DNA of 47,808 nucleotides from a virus (Duplodnaviria; Heunggongvirae; Uroviricota; Caudoviricetes): IMG/VR virus record IMGVR_UViG_2778261394_000006, positions 1 to 47,808 of that record; one strand, 5' to 3'. Shown piece by piece: positions 38,587 to 47,808 of this stretch (position 1 is its first letter; each line of letters starts with the position of its first letter). The notes under the pieces were generated by a model. It saw only the letters and a program-made list of their open reading frames with translations, ran no database searches and was not told where the DNA came from. The position numbers and the translations under genes were made by a program.

Positions 38587-39009
38587 TTAATGAACAATGA
38601 CAGAATCGTCGGAAGAACCGCCGCCGCTGAAATGCGCTTTCCGGTAAACGGCCTGGACTGCATCATCATGCGCATCAATTGCCGTACTTAACGCTTCCTG
38701 CGCCGCCAGTAATGCACGGCGTTCCAGGGTATCGAAGATGCAGAGTCGGTGACGCAACTCGCGCGGAAGGATTGCCAGAATTGCTGGGATCAGCTTCTGA
38801 ATTTTTTCTCTTTGCGTTTTCGTTTCACCTTTCAACCAACGGTGATAGATATTCTGCTGATTGTTCCAGTCCTTGCCTGGAACCAGGGGCAATTCGCCGC
38901 CCCCCTGGCGCAGATATTCTTCAGTAATTGCATTGGCTACCCATGCCTGCCCTTTTTCGGCTGCCAGGGCAAACAACACTGATTCGATGTGCTCATGCTT
39001 GATTTTCAT
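38587..39009 (-). CDS. ydaT: YdaT (Rac-type early protein)
   Basis: 140 aa matching recalled Rac YdaT (MKIKHEHIESVLFALAAEKGQAW...). Confidence 0.8.
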   Translation of the reverse strand: MKIKHEHIESVLFALAAEKGQAWVANAITEEYLRQGGGELPLVPGKDWNNQQNIYHRWLKGETKTQREKIQKLIPAILAILPRELRHRLCIFDTLERRALLAAQEALSTAIDAHDDAVQAVYRKAHFSGGGSSDDSVIVH

Positions 39010-39031
39010 GAATCATTTGCCTCTTGATGTT

Positions 39032-39328
39032 TCAGGTATGATCAAATGAGGATTTGTTACTGTCATTTAGTTGCTTCACTGACATATTCTGCGAACAACA
39101 TGCCGAACGTCGTAAATATGACCAGTCAATATCAGGACGAAGCTCTTCGCACAGAACCTCACCTCTTGTTGCTCGTTCAATTGCTGGACATCTCTCGGCA
39201 GGCAATTGACGTACCCCTTTGATCCATTGATTTACGCTTGGAGGTGATACACCTAAAAGCCTAGCCATTGCTGATTGCCCACCGACAACAGCACAAGCTT
39301 GCTTGAATGAATAGTTCTCTTTTTTCAT
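39032..39328 (-). CDS. ydaS: YdaS (Cro-like HTH protein)
   Basis: MKKENYSFKQACAVVGGQSAMARLLGVSPPSVNQWIKG matches recalled Rac YdaS. Confidence 0.85.
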   Translation of the reverse strand: MKKENYSFKQACAVVGGQSAMARLLGVSPPSVNQWIKGVRQLPAERCPAIERATRGEVLCEELRPDIDWSYLRRSACCSQNMSVKQLNDSNKSSFDHT

Positions 39329-39354
39329 CGAATGAACTCCAAAAACACACAGAA

Positions 39355-39400
39355 ATATTAGGCGACGCCTAACATAAATGTCAATAGGCTATGCCTAATG
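39355..39400 (-). promoter_or_regulatory. PR-like promoter TTGACA-N18-TAATAT with operator palindrome TTAGGCgacGCCTAA in the spacer
   Basis: Near-consensus sigma70 elements on the minus strand about 25 nt upstream of ydaS; palindrome at 39358-39372. Confidence 0.55.
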
Positions 39401-39451
39401 CGATAAAGATAGGGATTGCCTAATGCAATGAGCATAGGAGAATATTAAGCA

Positions 39452-39928
39452 ATGCTTAGTGGTAAAGACTTAGGCCGAGCGATAGAGCAGGCCATTAACA
39501 AAAAAATCGCATCGGGATCCGTCAAATCAAAGGCGGAGGTCGCACGCCACTTCAAAATCCAACCACCATCAATTTATGACTGGATTAAGAAAGGCTCCAT
39601 AAGTAAAGATAAACTTCCAGAATTATGGCGTTTCTTTTCTGATGTTGTTGGTCCAGAGCATTGGGGGCTTAACGAATACCCCATACCAACCCCCACCAAT
39701 TCAGATACAAAAAGTGAACTTTTAGATATAAACAACCTTTATCAAGCAGCCTCTGATGAAATAAGAGCGATTGTAGCTTTCCTGTTATCTGGAAATGCTA
39801 CAGAACCAGATTGGGTTGACCACGATGTTCGCGCCTACATAGCAGCGATGGAAATGAAAGTGGGTAAGTATCTGAAAGCTCTAGAATCTGAACGGAAAAG
39901 CCAGAACATCACAAAAACTGGAACTTAA
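39452..39928 (+). CDS. racR: Prophage repressor RacR
   Basis: 158 aa matching recalled RacR (MLSGKDLGRAIEQAINKKIASGSVKSKAEVARHF...). Confidence 0.9.
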   Translation: MLSGKDLGRAIEQAINKKIASGSVKSKAEVARHFKIQPPSIYDWIKKGSISKDKLPELWRFFSDVVGPEHWGLNEYPIPTPTNSDTKSELLDINNLYQAASDEIRAIVAFLLSGNATEPDWVDHDVRAYIAAMEMKVGKYLKALESERKSQNITKTGT

Positions 39929-40020
39929 ACTTATATGGTCTGACGGAAAACTCCTGGATTCCGTTATTTAACCCCCCATCACTTTCTCCTGTCGCCATCA
40001 CCTATTAGGTTACGCCCAAA

Positions 40021-40065
40021 ACATTAGGCATAGCCTATTGACAATCAATTAGGCATTACCTATAG
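40021..40065 (+). promoter_or_regulatory. PL-like promoter TTGACA-N17-TATAGT with an inverted copy of the 22-bp operator segment
   Basis: 40021-40042 is the exact reverse complement of 39379-39400; contains TAGGCatAGCCTA palindrome. Confidence 0.55.
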
Positions 40066-40235
40066 TTCCAGCATACCACCCACCCCGCCCCACAGAACGC
40101 CGGGCAATACTTCGAGTTACCAGGCAGTGGTAAGGGGTTAAGTAGCCAGCCCGAGGCGTATGAACATGACGGCGGGATTCAAATTTTGCAGTGCAGCAGT
40201 TAGTTCCGCCACCCGGCGTTAAGGGGAGAGATAAG

Positions 40236-40370
40236 ATGGTGCATTACGAAGTAGTTCAGTATTTGATGGATTGTTGCGATATCACTTACAGCCAGGCTGT
40301 ACAGGCTCTACGCAGCAACGACTGGGATCTCTGGCAGGCAGAAGCCTCTATCCGCAACAACAAAATGTGA
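40236..40370 (+). CDS. ydaF: YdaF-like small protein
   Basis: 44 aa MVHYEVVQYLMDCCDITYSQAVQALRSNDWDLWQ...; below the ORF-track length cutoff. Confidence 0.65.
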   Translation: MVHYEVVQYLMDCCDITYSQAVQALRSNDWDLWQAEASIRNNKM

Positions 40371-40380
40371 GGTGCGAAAA

Positions 40381-40536
40381 ATGCAAAAAATCGACCTCGG
40401 CAATAACGAATCCCTGGTGTGCGGCGTGTTCCCCAACCAGGATGGAACGTTCACCGCCATGACATATACCAGAAGCAGGACGTTTAAAACTGAAAGTGAC
40501 GCACGCCGCTGGTTAGTCAAAACATTAGCGGAGTAA
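40381..40536 (+). CDS. ydaG: YdaG-like small protein
   Basis: 51 aa MQKIDLGNNESLVCGVFPNQDGTFTAMTYTRSR...; GGTG before ATG. Confidence 0.65.
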   Translation: MQKIDLGNNESLVCGVFPNQDGTFTAMTYTRSRTFKTESDARRWLVKTLAE

Positions 40537-40537
40537 C

Positions 40538-41047
40538 TTATTCGAAGCGCTTAGTGCAAGGGTTCCATGCTTCAAATATTAGTTCCTCATAGTCGGGATC
40601 GAGTTGAAAATGGGAGCTATTGCCTAATGAACACTTTCTAACAAAACGAATTATTCCCATCCTGACAAGCAAGGCTGTACTTTGATTTTCAGGACAAAGC
40701 GTAAGTAGGTCATTGAACTGGAGGAATGATTCAATAATACGAATTTGTTCTGCATTTAGCGAATTCAGATTTTTTAGCATTTTGCGCTTTTTTACAAAAT
40801 CCCGAATCAGGTAGAACATTCTCAAGAAAAGGATTACTACTCTATCAAGGATTAAAGTCGAGACAAAGGCTATGCTGAAGCAAAATAGCTGCATGGAATA
40901 TGGAATGGCGCTTTTCTTTTCCAGATACTCTGACAAGTTTTCTGGTACCAACATTAATATCAGAAAAAATATAACTATAGTAATCATAAACCAACTAACT
41001 GATTTTTCGGCAAAGAATTTTGCCAATGTTAAAAGACTTTCTAACAT
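40538..41047 (-). CDS. sieB: Superinfection exclusion protein SieB
   Basis: Start at MLESLLTLAKFFAEK; membrane protein matching recalled Rac SieB. Confidence 0.8.
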   Translation of the reverse strand: MLESLLTLAKFFAEKSVSWFMITIVIFFLILMLVPENLSEYLEKKSAIPYSMQLFCFSIAFVSTLILDRVVILFLRMFYLIRDFVKKRKMLKNLNSLNAEQIRIIESFLQFNDLLTLCPENQSTALLVRMGIIRFVRKCSLGNSSHFQLDPDYEELIFEAWNPCTKRFE

Positions 41048-41478
41048 TTCAATAACTCTCAACTGTAAGGGTATTGAAATGTTAACACAAGCTCTCGCTG
41101 TAGGGGTATAGCAGAGACCACCGAAGCCCGGAGGTGGTGAAATAAAACCGGGCACAACACGAAGGCGCATTTCCGATATCCATAAAGAGTCGGTTTTGTC
41201 TGTTAAATTTAAATGGTGGGAGTGCGCCTCCGGTTGTAAATAACGACATTGCTGTGTGTAGTCTTGGCGGCATCAGTTTTTTCTTGAAGTTCGGCTGATG
41301 TCCGCCCCTTTTTAAAGTGAATTTTGTGATGCGGTGAATGCGGCTAAGCGCACGCGGAACAGTTAAAAGCATCAGTGTTATGGGTGGATTATCCGGCGTT
41401 AATTGTTAACTGGTTAACGTCACCTGGAGGCACCAGGCACCGCATCAACAAAGTTCATTTGTAAAAATGGAGATAATT

Positions 41479-41700
41479 ATGATTGCACATCACTTCGGAA
41501 CTGATGAAATACCACGTCAGTGTGTGACTCCTGGCGATTATGTTCTTCATGAAGGCCGGACATATATTGCCTCTGCAAACAATATTAAAAAGCGAAAACT
41601 TTATATTCGTAACCTGACCACAAAAACATGCATTACTGACTGCATGATTAAAGTCTTCCTCGGTCGTGATGGTTTACCTGTAAAGGCGGAGTCATGGTGA
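41479..41700 (+). CDS. kilR: KilR (FtsZ-targeting killing protein)
   Basis: [46 protein letters not shown]...; GGAG Shine-Dalgarno. Confidence 0.8.
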   Translation: MIAHHFGTDEIPRQCVTPGDYVLHEGRTYIASANNIKKRKLYIRNLTTKTCITDCMIKVFLGRDGLPVKAESW

Positions 41701-41870
41701 TGACTAAGAAAATAAAATGTGCTTACCACCTTTGCAATAAAGAAGTTGAAAGAAGCAAAAGCATTACAAAACCACTTCATTTCATGCGTGGAGTTATCCC
41801 AACGACGGAAATGAAAAAATATTGTAGTGAAATATGTGCCGAAAAAGACCAGATGGCACACGAACTTTAA
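41700..41870 (+). CDS. ydaE: YdaE-like zinc-binding protein
   Basis: 56 aa [20 protein letters not shown]...YCSEICAEKDQMAHEL; ATG overlaps kilR stop. Confidence 0.7.
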   Translation: MTKKIKCAYHLCNKEVERSKSITKPLHFMRGVIPTTEMKKYCSEICAEKDQMAHEL

Positions 41871-41944
41871 TTAACTGACTATTCGAAACTGAATTTATGC
41901 CAGCAATGGCAGGGATTCGCTCAACCTTAATTAAGGAGAAAAAC

Positions 41945-42214
41945 ATGATTACCAATTATGAAGCCACTGTTGTAACGACCGATGACATTGTTCACGAGGT
42001 TAATCTGGAAGGATAGCGTATTGGCTACGTGATTAAAACAGAAAATAAAGAAACCCCATTCACTGTGGTTGATATCGACGGTCCATCAGGCAACGTAAAA
42101 ACACTTGATGAAGGTGTCACAAAAATGTGCCTGGTTCACATCGGAAAGAATCTGCCCGCAGAAAAAAAAAGCCGGATTTCTGGCAACTCTGATTGCAATG
42201 AAATTAGGCGGTGA
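41945..42214 (+). pseudogene. racC: racC-like gene disrupted by an in-frame TAG (42014-42016) and a probable frameshift in an A9 run (42162-42170)
   Basis: MITNYEATVVTTDDIVHEVNLEG-stop-RIGYVIKTENKETPF...; alternative frame after A9 reads AGFLATLIAMKLGGEI. Confidence 0.55.
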
Positions 42215-42322
42215 AATCTGAAAGAAATAGCCTGCGCCATACGCAGGCTATGAACAGTGTGTATCCGGCAAGATCATTCACTGAACAAAACGAATTTTAA
42301 TCTGAGTTGAGGTTAAAAAACA

Positions 42323-44998
42323 ATGAGCACAAAACCACTCTTCCTGTTACGGAAAGCGAAAAAATCATCCGGTGAACCTGACGTCGTCCTGTGGGCAAGC
42401 GACGATTTTGAATCGACCTGTGCCACTCTGGACTACCTGCTCGTTAAGTCAGGTAAAAAACTGAGCAGCTATTTTAAACCTGTTGCCACGAATTTTCCTG
42501 TCGTTAATGACCTTCCCCCTGAAGGTGAGATCGATTTTACCTGGAGTGAACGCTATCAACTCAGCAAAGACTCCATGACCTGGGAACTAAAACCGGGAGC
42601 AGCGCCAGACGACGTTCACCACCAGGATAATGCTCAAGAAACCAAAGAACTGGCGGGAGGCCAGGAAGAAAACGCGCAGGCAGACGCCCACGAGGATTGC
42701 CAGGATTGCGAAGTCTCTGTAGCCACTTTGCGGTTCACACAGCGTCTTCTGCACATTTTTACGTATGCAGCCGGGGATCGGAAATACCTGCATCATGCCA
42801 CCCGTGAACAACGCAAACACATTACTGCTCTTGAGATGGATCAGGAAAACAGCTATGTCCAGAATCTGCTGTTGGCCATACGCAGCATGGCAGAACCGAC
42901 AACTCTGGATAATGCCGCCCTGCTCCGCCTGACTGATGCAATTAAGGCAGTGTTCTCTATCACGAAAAAACATCAGCCCTATGAATTTAAGAATTTCATT
43001 TCAGCCTGGCTGGATACCGAACACATTGATCGCGGTCTTCTGACAAAAGAATGGCGAAAAGGAAATCGTGTTTCACGCATCACGCGTACGGCTTCCGGCG
43101 CTAATGCTGGCGGCGGGAACCTCACCGATCGCGGCGAAGGTTTCGTTCACGATCTGACGTCACTGGCGCGCGACGTAGCCACTGGCGTACTGGCTCGTTC
43201 AATGGACGTGGACATTTATAACCTTCATCCGGCACACGCTAAACGTGTCGAGGAAATTATCGCTGAAAATAAACCACCCTTTTCTGTTTTCCGCGACAAA
43301 TTCATCACCATGCCTGGCGGGCTGGATTATTCCCGCGCCATCGTGGTTGCGTCCGTAAAAGAAGCACCAATTGGGATCGAGGTTATCCCCGCACGCGTCA
43401 CTGAATATCTGAACAAAGTACTGACTGAAACTGATCATGCCAACCCTGATCCAGAAATCGTGGATATTGCCTGCGGTCGTTCCTCTGCCCCGATGCCGCA
43501 GCGTGTAACAGAAGAAGAAAAACAGGATGATGAAGAAAAACTGCAACCATCTTGCGCAATGGCAGATGAACAGGCAACGGCTGAAACAGTGGAACCGGAT
43601 GCAACTGAACATCATCAGGACACGCAGCCGCTGGATGCTCAGTCACAGGTAAATTCTGTTGATGCGAAATATCAGAAACTGCGGGCAGAACTCCATGAAG
43701 CCCGGAAAAACATTCCGCCCAAAAATCCTGTCGATGCAGACAAATTACTGGCTGCCTCTCGCGGAGAATTTGTTGAAGGGATTAGCGACCCGAATGATCC
43801 GAAATGGGTTAAGGGGATCCAGACCCGCGACTCTATATACCAGAATCAGCCAGAAACGGAACAGAACGACCCAAATACGCAACAAAACGAGCCAGAAACG
43901 AAACAGCCTGAGCCAGTAGTGCAACAACAGGAAACGGAGAAAGTTTGCACCGCCTGCGGTAAGGCTGGCGGCGGCAACTGTCCTGACTGTGGCGCGGTAA
44001 TGGGCGACGCAACGTATCAGAAAACCTTTAATGAAGAAAATCAGAATGAATATCAGGAAAAAGGTCTGGAGGAAATGGAAGGCGCTGAACATCCGCACAA
44101 TGAGAATGCTGGCAGCGATCCGCATCGCGATTGCAGTGATGAAACTGGCGAAGTCGCAGATCCCGTAATCGTAGAAGACATAGAGCCAGGTATTTATTAC
44201 GGAATTTCGAATGAGAATTACCACGCAGGTCCCGGTGTCAGTAAGTCTCAGCTCGATGACATTGCTGATACTCCGGCACTGTATTTGTGGCGTAAAAATG
44301 CCCCCGTGGACACTACAAAGACAAAAACGCTCGATTTAGGAACCACTTTCCACTGCCGGGTACTTGAACCGGAAGAATTCAGTAACCGCTTTATCGTAGC
44401 ACCTGAATTTAACCGCCGTACAAACGCCGGAAAAGAAGAAGAGAAAGCGTTTCTGATGGAATGCGCAAGCACAGGAAAAACGGTTATCACTGCGGAAGAA
44501 GGCCGGAAAATTGAACTCATGTATCAAAGCGTTATGGCTTTGCCGCTGGGGCAATGGCTTGTTGAAAGCGCCGGACACGCTGAATCATCAATTTACTGGG
44601 AAGATCCGGAAACAGGAATTTTGTGTCGGTGCCGTCCGGACAAAATTATTCCTGAATTTCACTGGATCATGGACGTGAAAACCACAGCGGATATTCAACG
44701 ATTCAAAACGGCTTATTACGACTACCGCTATCACGTTCAGGATGCATTCTACAGTGACGGTTATGAAGCACAGTTTGGTGTGCAGCCAACTTTCGTTTTT
44801 CTGGTTGCCAGCACAACTGTTGAATGCGGACGTTATCCGGTTGAGATTTTCATGATGGGCGAAGAAGCAAAACTGGCAGGCCAGCAGGAATATCACCGCA
44901 ATCTGCGGACCCTGGCTGACTGCCTAAATACCGATGAATGGCCAGCTATTAAGACGTTATCACTGCCCCGCTGGGCTAAGGAGTATGCAAATGACTAA
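42323..44998 (+). CDS. recE: Exonuclease VIII (RecE)
   Basis: 891 aa matching recalled RecE ([21 protein letters not shown]...[39 protein letters not shown]...). Confidence 0.9.
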   Translation: MSTKPLFLLRKAKKSSGEPDVVLWASDDFESTCATLDYLLVKSGKKLSSYFKPVATNFPVVNDLPPEGEIDFTWSERYQLSKDSMTWELKPGAAPDDVHHQDNAQETKELAGGQEENAQADAHEDCQDCEVSVATLRFTQRLLHIFTYAAGDRKYLHHATREQRKHITALEMDQENSYVQNLLLAIRSMAEPTTLDNAALLRLTDAIKAVFSITKKHQPYEFKNFISAWLDTEHIDRGLLTKEWRKGNRVSRITRTASGANAGGGNLTDRGEGFVHDLTSLARDVATGVLARSMDVDIYNLHPAHAKRVEEIIAENKPPFSVFRDKFITMPGGLDYSRAIVVASVKEAPIGIEVIPARVTEYLNKVLTETDHANPDPEIVDIACGRSSAPMPQRVTEEEKQDDEEKLQPSCAMADEQATAETVEPDATEHHQDTQPLDAQSQVNSVDAKYQKLRAELHEARKNIPPKNPVDADKLLAASRGEFVEGISDPNDPKWVKGIQTRDSIYQNQPETEQNDPNTQQNEPETKQPEPVVQQQETEKVCTACGKAGGGNCPDCGAVMGDATYQKTFNEENQNEYQEKGLEEMEGAEHPHNENAGSDPHRDCSDETGEVADPVIVEDIEPGIYYGISNENYHAGPGVSKSQLDDIADTPALYLWRKNAPVDTTKTKTLDLGTTFHCRVLEPEEFSNRFIVAPEFNRRTNAGKEEEKAFLMECASTGKTVITAEEGRKIELMYQSVMALPLGQWLVESAGHAESSIYWEDPETGILCRCRPDKIIPEFHWIMDVKTTADIQRFKTAYYDYRYHVQDAFYSDGYEAQFGVQPTFVFLVASTTVECGRYPVEIFMMGEEAKLAGQQEYHRNLRTLADCLNTDEWPAIKTLSLPRWAKEYAND

Positions 44999-45824
44999 GC
45001 AACCACCTATCGCAAAAGCCGATCTGCAAAAAACTCAGGGAAACCGTGCACCAGCAGCAGTTAACGATAAGGATGTGCTGTGCGTGATTAACAGCCCGGC
45101 AATGAAAGCGCAACTGGCAGCAGCTCTGCCACGTCACATGACAGCGGAACGCATGATCCGCATTGCTACAACAGAAATCCGTAAAGTACCGGAACTAAGA
45201 AACTGTGACTCGACGAGTTTTATCGGTGCCATCGTACAGTGTTCACAGCTCGGACTTGAGCCAGGTAGCGCCCTCGGTCATGCATATCTGCTACCGTTCG
45301 GCAACGGAAAAGCAAAAAACGGTAAGAAGAACGTACAGCTGATCATCGGTTATCGCGGCATGATCGACCTTGCCCGTCGATCAGGTCAAATCATCAGTCT
45401 GTCAGCTCGTGTTGTCCGTGAATGTGATGAATTCAGCTATGAACTTGGCCTTGATGAAAAACTGGTTCATCGTCCCGGTGAAAACGAAGATGTCCCTATA
45501 ACCCATGTCTATGCTGTTGCAAAACTGAAAGACGGAGGAGTGCAGTTTGAAGTCATGACCCGCAAACAAGTAGAAAAAGTTCGCGACACACACAGCAAGG
45601 CGGCAAAAAACGCAGCGTCAAAAGGGGCGTCGTCCATCTGGGATGAACACTTTGAAGACATGGCCAAAAAGACAGTGATACGAAAACTGTTCAAGTATCT
45701 GCCGGTATCTATTGAAATCCAGCGTGCAGTATCGATGGATGGAAAAGAGGTGGAAACAATTAATCCAGACGACATATCGGTTATAGCCGGGGAATACAGT
45801 GTAATCGATAATCCAGAAGAATAA
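44991..45824 (+). CDS. recT: Recombinase RecT (single-strand annealing protein)
   Basis: Start at [24 protein letters not shown]; matches recalled RecT; overlaps recE stop. Confidence 0.9.
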   Translation: MTKQPPIAKADLQKTQGNRAPAAVNDKDVLCVINSPAMKAQLAAALPRHMTAERMIRIATTEIRKVPELRNCDSTSFIGAIVQCSQLGLEPGSALGHAYLLPFGNGKAKNGKKNVQLIIGYRGMIDLARRSGQIISLSARVVRECDEFSYELGLDEKLVHRPGENEDVPITHVYAVAKLKDGGVQFEVMTRKQVEKVRDTHSKAAKNAASKGASSIWDEHFEDMAKKTVIRKLFKYLPVSIEIQRAVSMDGKEVETINPDDISVIAGEYSVIDNPEE

Positions 45825-45868
45825 TCCAGCCTGGCGGTGTAATGCACCGCCAACGTGAGATAGTTTTT

Positions 45869-46075
45869 ATGACAAAAACTTTGAGATATGACGATGTTAA
45901 ACCATGTCCGTTTTGTGGTTGTCCATCAGTAACGGTGAAAGACATTTCAGGATATTACCGGGCAAAATGCAACGGATGCGAATCCCGAACTGGCTATGGT
46001 GGAAGTGAAAAAGAAGCGCTCGAAAGATGGAATAAACGAACCACTGAAAATATTAATGGAGGCGTTCATGTATAA
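45869..46075 (+). CDS. ralR: RalR / Lar (restriction alleviation; type I toxin of RalR-RalA)
   Basis: MTKTLRYDDVKPCPFCGCPSVTVKDISGYYRAKCNGCESRTGYGGSEKEALERWNKRTT. Confidence 0.85.
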   Translation: MTKTLRYDDVKPCPFCGCPSVTVKDISGYYRAKCNGCESRTGYGGSEKEALERWNKRTTENINGGVHV

Positions 46076-46256
46076 AATTACCGCTACAATTGAAAAGGAA
46101 GGTGGCACTCCTACTAACTGGACAAGATATTCAAAATCTAAACTAACGAAATCAGAATGCGAAAAAATGCTCTCAGGTAAAAAAGAAGCAGGCGTTTCCA
46201 GAGAGCAGAAAGTAAAACTGATAAATTTTAATTGCGAGAAACTTCAGTCCTCGTGA
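46068..46256 (+). CDS. ydaC: YdaC-like protein
   Basis: MYKITATIEKEGGTPTNWTRYSKSKLTKSECEKMLSGKKEAGVS...; ATG overlaps ralR stop. Confidence 0.65.
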   Translation: MYKITATIEKEGGTPTNWTRYSKSKLTKSECEKMLSGKKEAGVSREQKVKLINFNCEKLQSS

Positions 46257-46355
46257 ATTGCATTGTATTCAAATTAAAACTTCATAGCTGATTATTAATA
46301 ATCAACATCAGGCGTCAATTTCAGTCTAACATTGGCGCCTGCCAGAGGTGATGCG

Positions 46356-46571
46356 ATGGCACAAGTAATCTTTAATGAAGAGTGGATGGTTGAATACGGC
46401 CTGATGCTTCGCACTGGTCTGGGGGCCAGACAAATTGAAGCATACCGCCAGAACTGTTGGGTGGAGGGCTTCCACTTCAAACGAGTATCTCCTTTAGGTA
46501 AGCCAGACAGCAAACGAGGGATTATCTGGTACAACTATCCAAAGATAAATCAGTTTATCAAAGACTCATGA
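46356..46571 (+). CDS. Excisionase-like protein (Xis)
   Basis: ATG preceded by [38 protein letters not shown]...; stop 1 nt before int start. Confidence 0.7.
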   Translation: MAQVIFNEEWMVEYGLMLRTGLGARQIEAYRQNCWVEGFHFKRVSPLGKPDSKRGIIWYNYPKINQFIKDS

Positions 46572-46572
46572 T

Positions 46573-47808
46573 ATGTCTAAATTACCAACAGGTGTCGAGA
46601 TTAGAGGTAGAAACATTCGCATCTGGTTCATGTTTCGAGGAAAACGATGTCGGGAAACATTAAAAGGCTGGGAGATTACAAACAGTAATATTAAAAAGGC
46701 CGGAAATTTAAGAGCGCTGATAGTTCATGAAATAAACTCCGGTGAATTTGAGTATTTAAGACGTTTTCCCCAGTCCAGCACTGGGGCAAAAATGGTGACA
46801 ACGAGAGTCATAAAAACGTTCGGGGAGCTTTGTGATATCTGGACAAAAATTAAAGAGACAGAGTTAACAACAAACACAATGAAGAAAACGAAATCACAAT
46901 TAAAAACACTCAGAATAATAATTTGTGAAAGTACCCCGATATCATATATTCGTTATAGCGATATCTTAAACTACCGGAATGAACTGCTGCATGGAGAAAC
47001 GCTTTACCTGGATAATCCAAGATCCAACAAAAAAGGAAGAACCGTGCGCACAGTTGATAACTATATCGCCCTGCTCTGTTCGCTGTTACGTTTTGCGTAT
47101 CAGTCGGGATTTATATCAACCAAACCATTTGAAGGAGTAAAAAAATTACAGCGAAACAGAATAAAGCCTGACCCGTTATCTAAAACAGAATTCAATGCAT
47201 TAATGGAAAGTGAAAAAGGACAGAGCCAAAACTTGTGGAAATTTGCCGTTTACTCCGGGCTTCGTCACGGGGAACTGGCAGCTCTGGCGTGGGAGGATGT
47301 GGATTTCGAGAAGGGAACTGTGAATGTCAGAAGAAACCTGACGATACTGGATATGTTCGGTCCCCCAAAAACAAATGCCGGGATCCGGACAGTAACATTA
47401 CTGCAGCCTGCTCTTGAAGCACTGAAGGAGCAATACAAACTGACCGGGCATCATCGCAAAAGCGAAATCACCTTTTATCATCGGGAGTACGGCAGAACCG
47501 AAAAGCAAAAACTGCATTTTGTTTTCATGCCCAGGGTGTGTAACGGAAAACAGAAACCTTATTACTCGGTAAGCAGTTTGGGGGCAAGGTGGAATGCAGC
47601 AGTAAAACGTGCTGGTATTCGCCGCCGTAATCCGTACCATACGCGGCATACTTTTGCCTGCTGGCTGTTGACGGCAGGAGCGAACCCGGCATTTATAGCC
47701 AGCCAGATGGGGCATGAAACTGCGCAGATGGTGTATGAAATTTACGGTATGTGGATTGATGATATGAACGACGAACAGGTAGCCATGTTGAATGCGCGGC
47801 TATCGTAG
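46573..47808 (+). CDS. intR: Tyrosine-type phage integrase
   Basis: 411 aa; C-terminal catalytic signature ...HTRHTFACWLLTAGANPAFIASQMGHETAQMVYEIYGMW; N-terminus MSKLPTGVEIRGRNIRIWF. Confidence 0.85.
   Translation: MSKLPTGVEIRGRNIRIWFMFRGKRCRETLKGWEITNSNIKKAGNLRALIVHEINSGEFEYLRRFPQSSTGAKMVTTRVIKTFGELCDIWTKIKETELTTNTMKKTKSQLKTLRIIICESTPISYIRYSDILNYRNELLHGETLYLDNPRSNKKGRTVRTVDNYIALLCSLLRFAYQSGFISTKPFEGVKKLQRNRIKPDPLSKTEFNALMESEKGQSQNLWKFAVYSGLRHGELAALAWEDVDFEKGTVNVRRNLTILDMFGPPKTNAGIRTVTLLQPALEALKEQYKLTGHHRKSEITFYHREYGRTEKQKLHFVFMPRVCNGKQKPYYSVSSLGARWNAAVKRAGIRRRNPYHTRHTFACWLLTAGANPAFIASQMGHETAQMVYEIYGMWIDDMNDEQVAMLNARLS

Noticed and set aside
40308-40520. 70-aa minus-strand ORF overlapping ydaF/ydaG
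   Set aside because: Antisense to two recognisable small Rac genes; no start signals
43199-44520. Several 80-160-aa ORFs on both strands within recE
   Set aside because: Embedded in the well-supported 891-codon recE frame; typical alternative-frame artefacts
47700-47808. Attachment site (attL/attR) next to int
   Set aside because: The window ends at the integrase stop codon and no att core or flanking host sequence is visible

Overview
The window is almost entirely one mosaic lambdoid prophage in mirrored orientation, with the integrase at the right edge (att site outside the window) and most late genes on the minus strand. Right to left: (1) a Rac-type early/immunity region, int-xis-ydaC-ralR-recT-recE-racC(disrupted)-ydaE-kilR on +, sieB on -, ydaG/ydaF/racR on +, then ydaS-ydaT-ydaU(O-like)-ydaV(DnaC-like) on -; (2) a nin-like region holding an AT-rich island with a hok-type toxin and a convergent two-gene module; (3) a Q-like antiterminator, a short PR'/tR'-like unit, and an AraC-family regulator inserted before the lysis cassette; (4) a ParB-like nuclease plus a DxD protein, then terminase, portal and head genes; (5) a Mu/P2-like contractile tail with an AT-rich nuclease-like moron inside the baseplate operon and two tail-fibre/chaperone pairs; (6) an AT-rich cargo gene on the opposite strand at the left edge. 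No CRISPR array, rRNA or tRNA was recognised. Gene names in the early region rest on my recollection of E. coli K-12 Rac protein sequences; structural-gene calls rest mainly on gene order and size; no database search was possible. The strongest candidates for an undescribed system are the convergent pair at 33245-34880 and the moron at 6869-8029.
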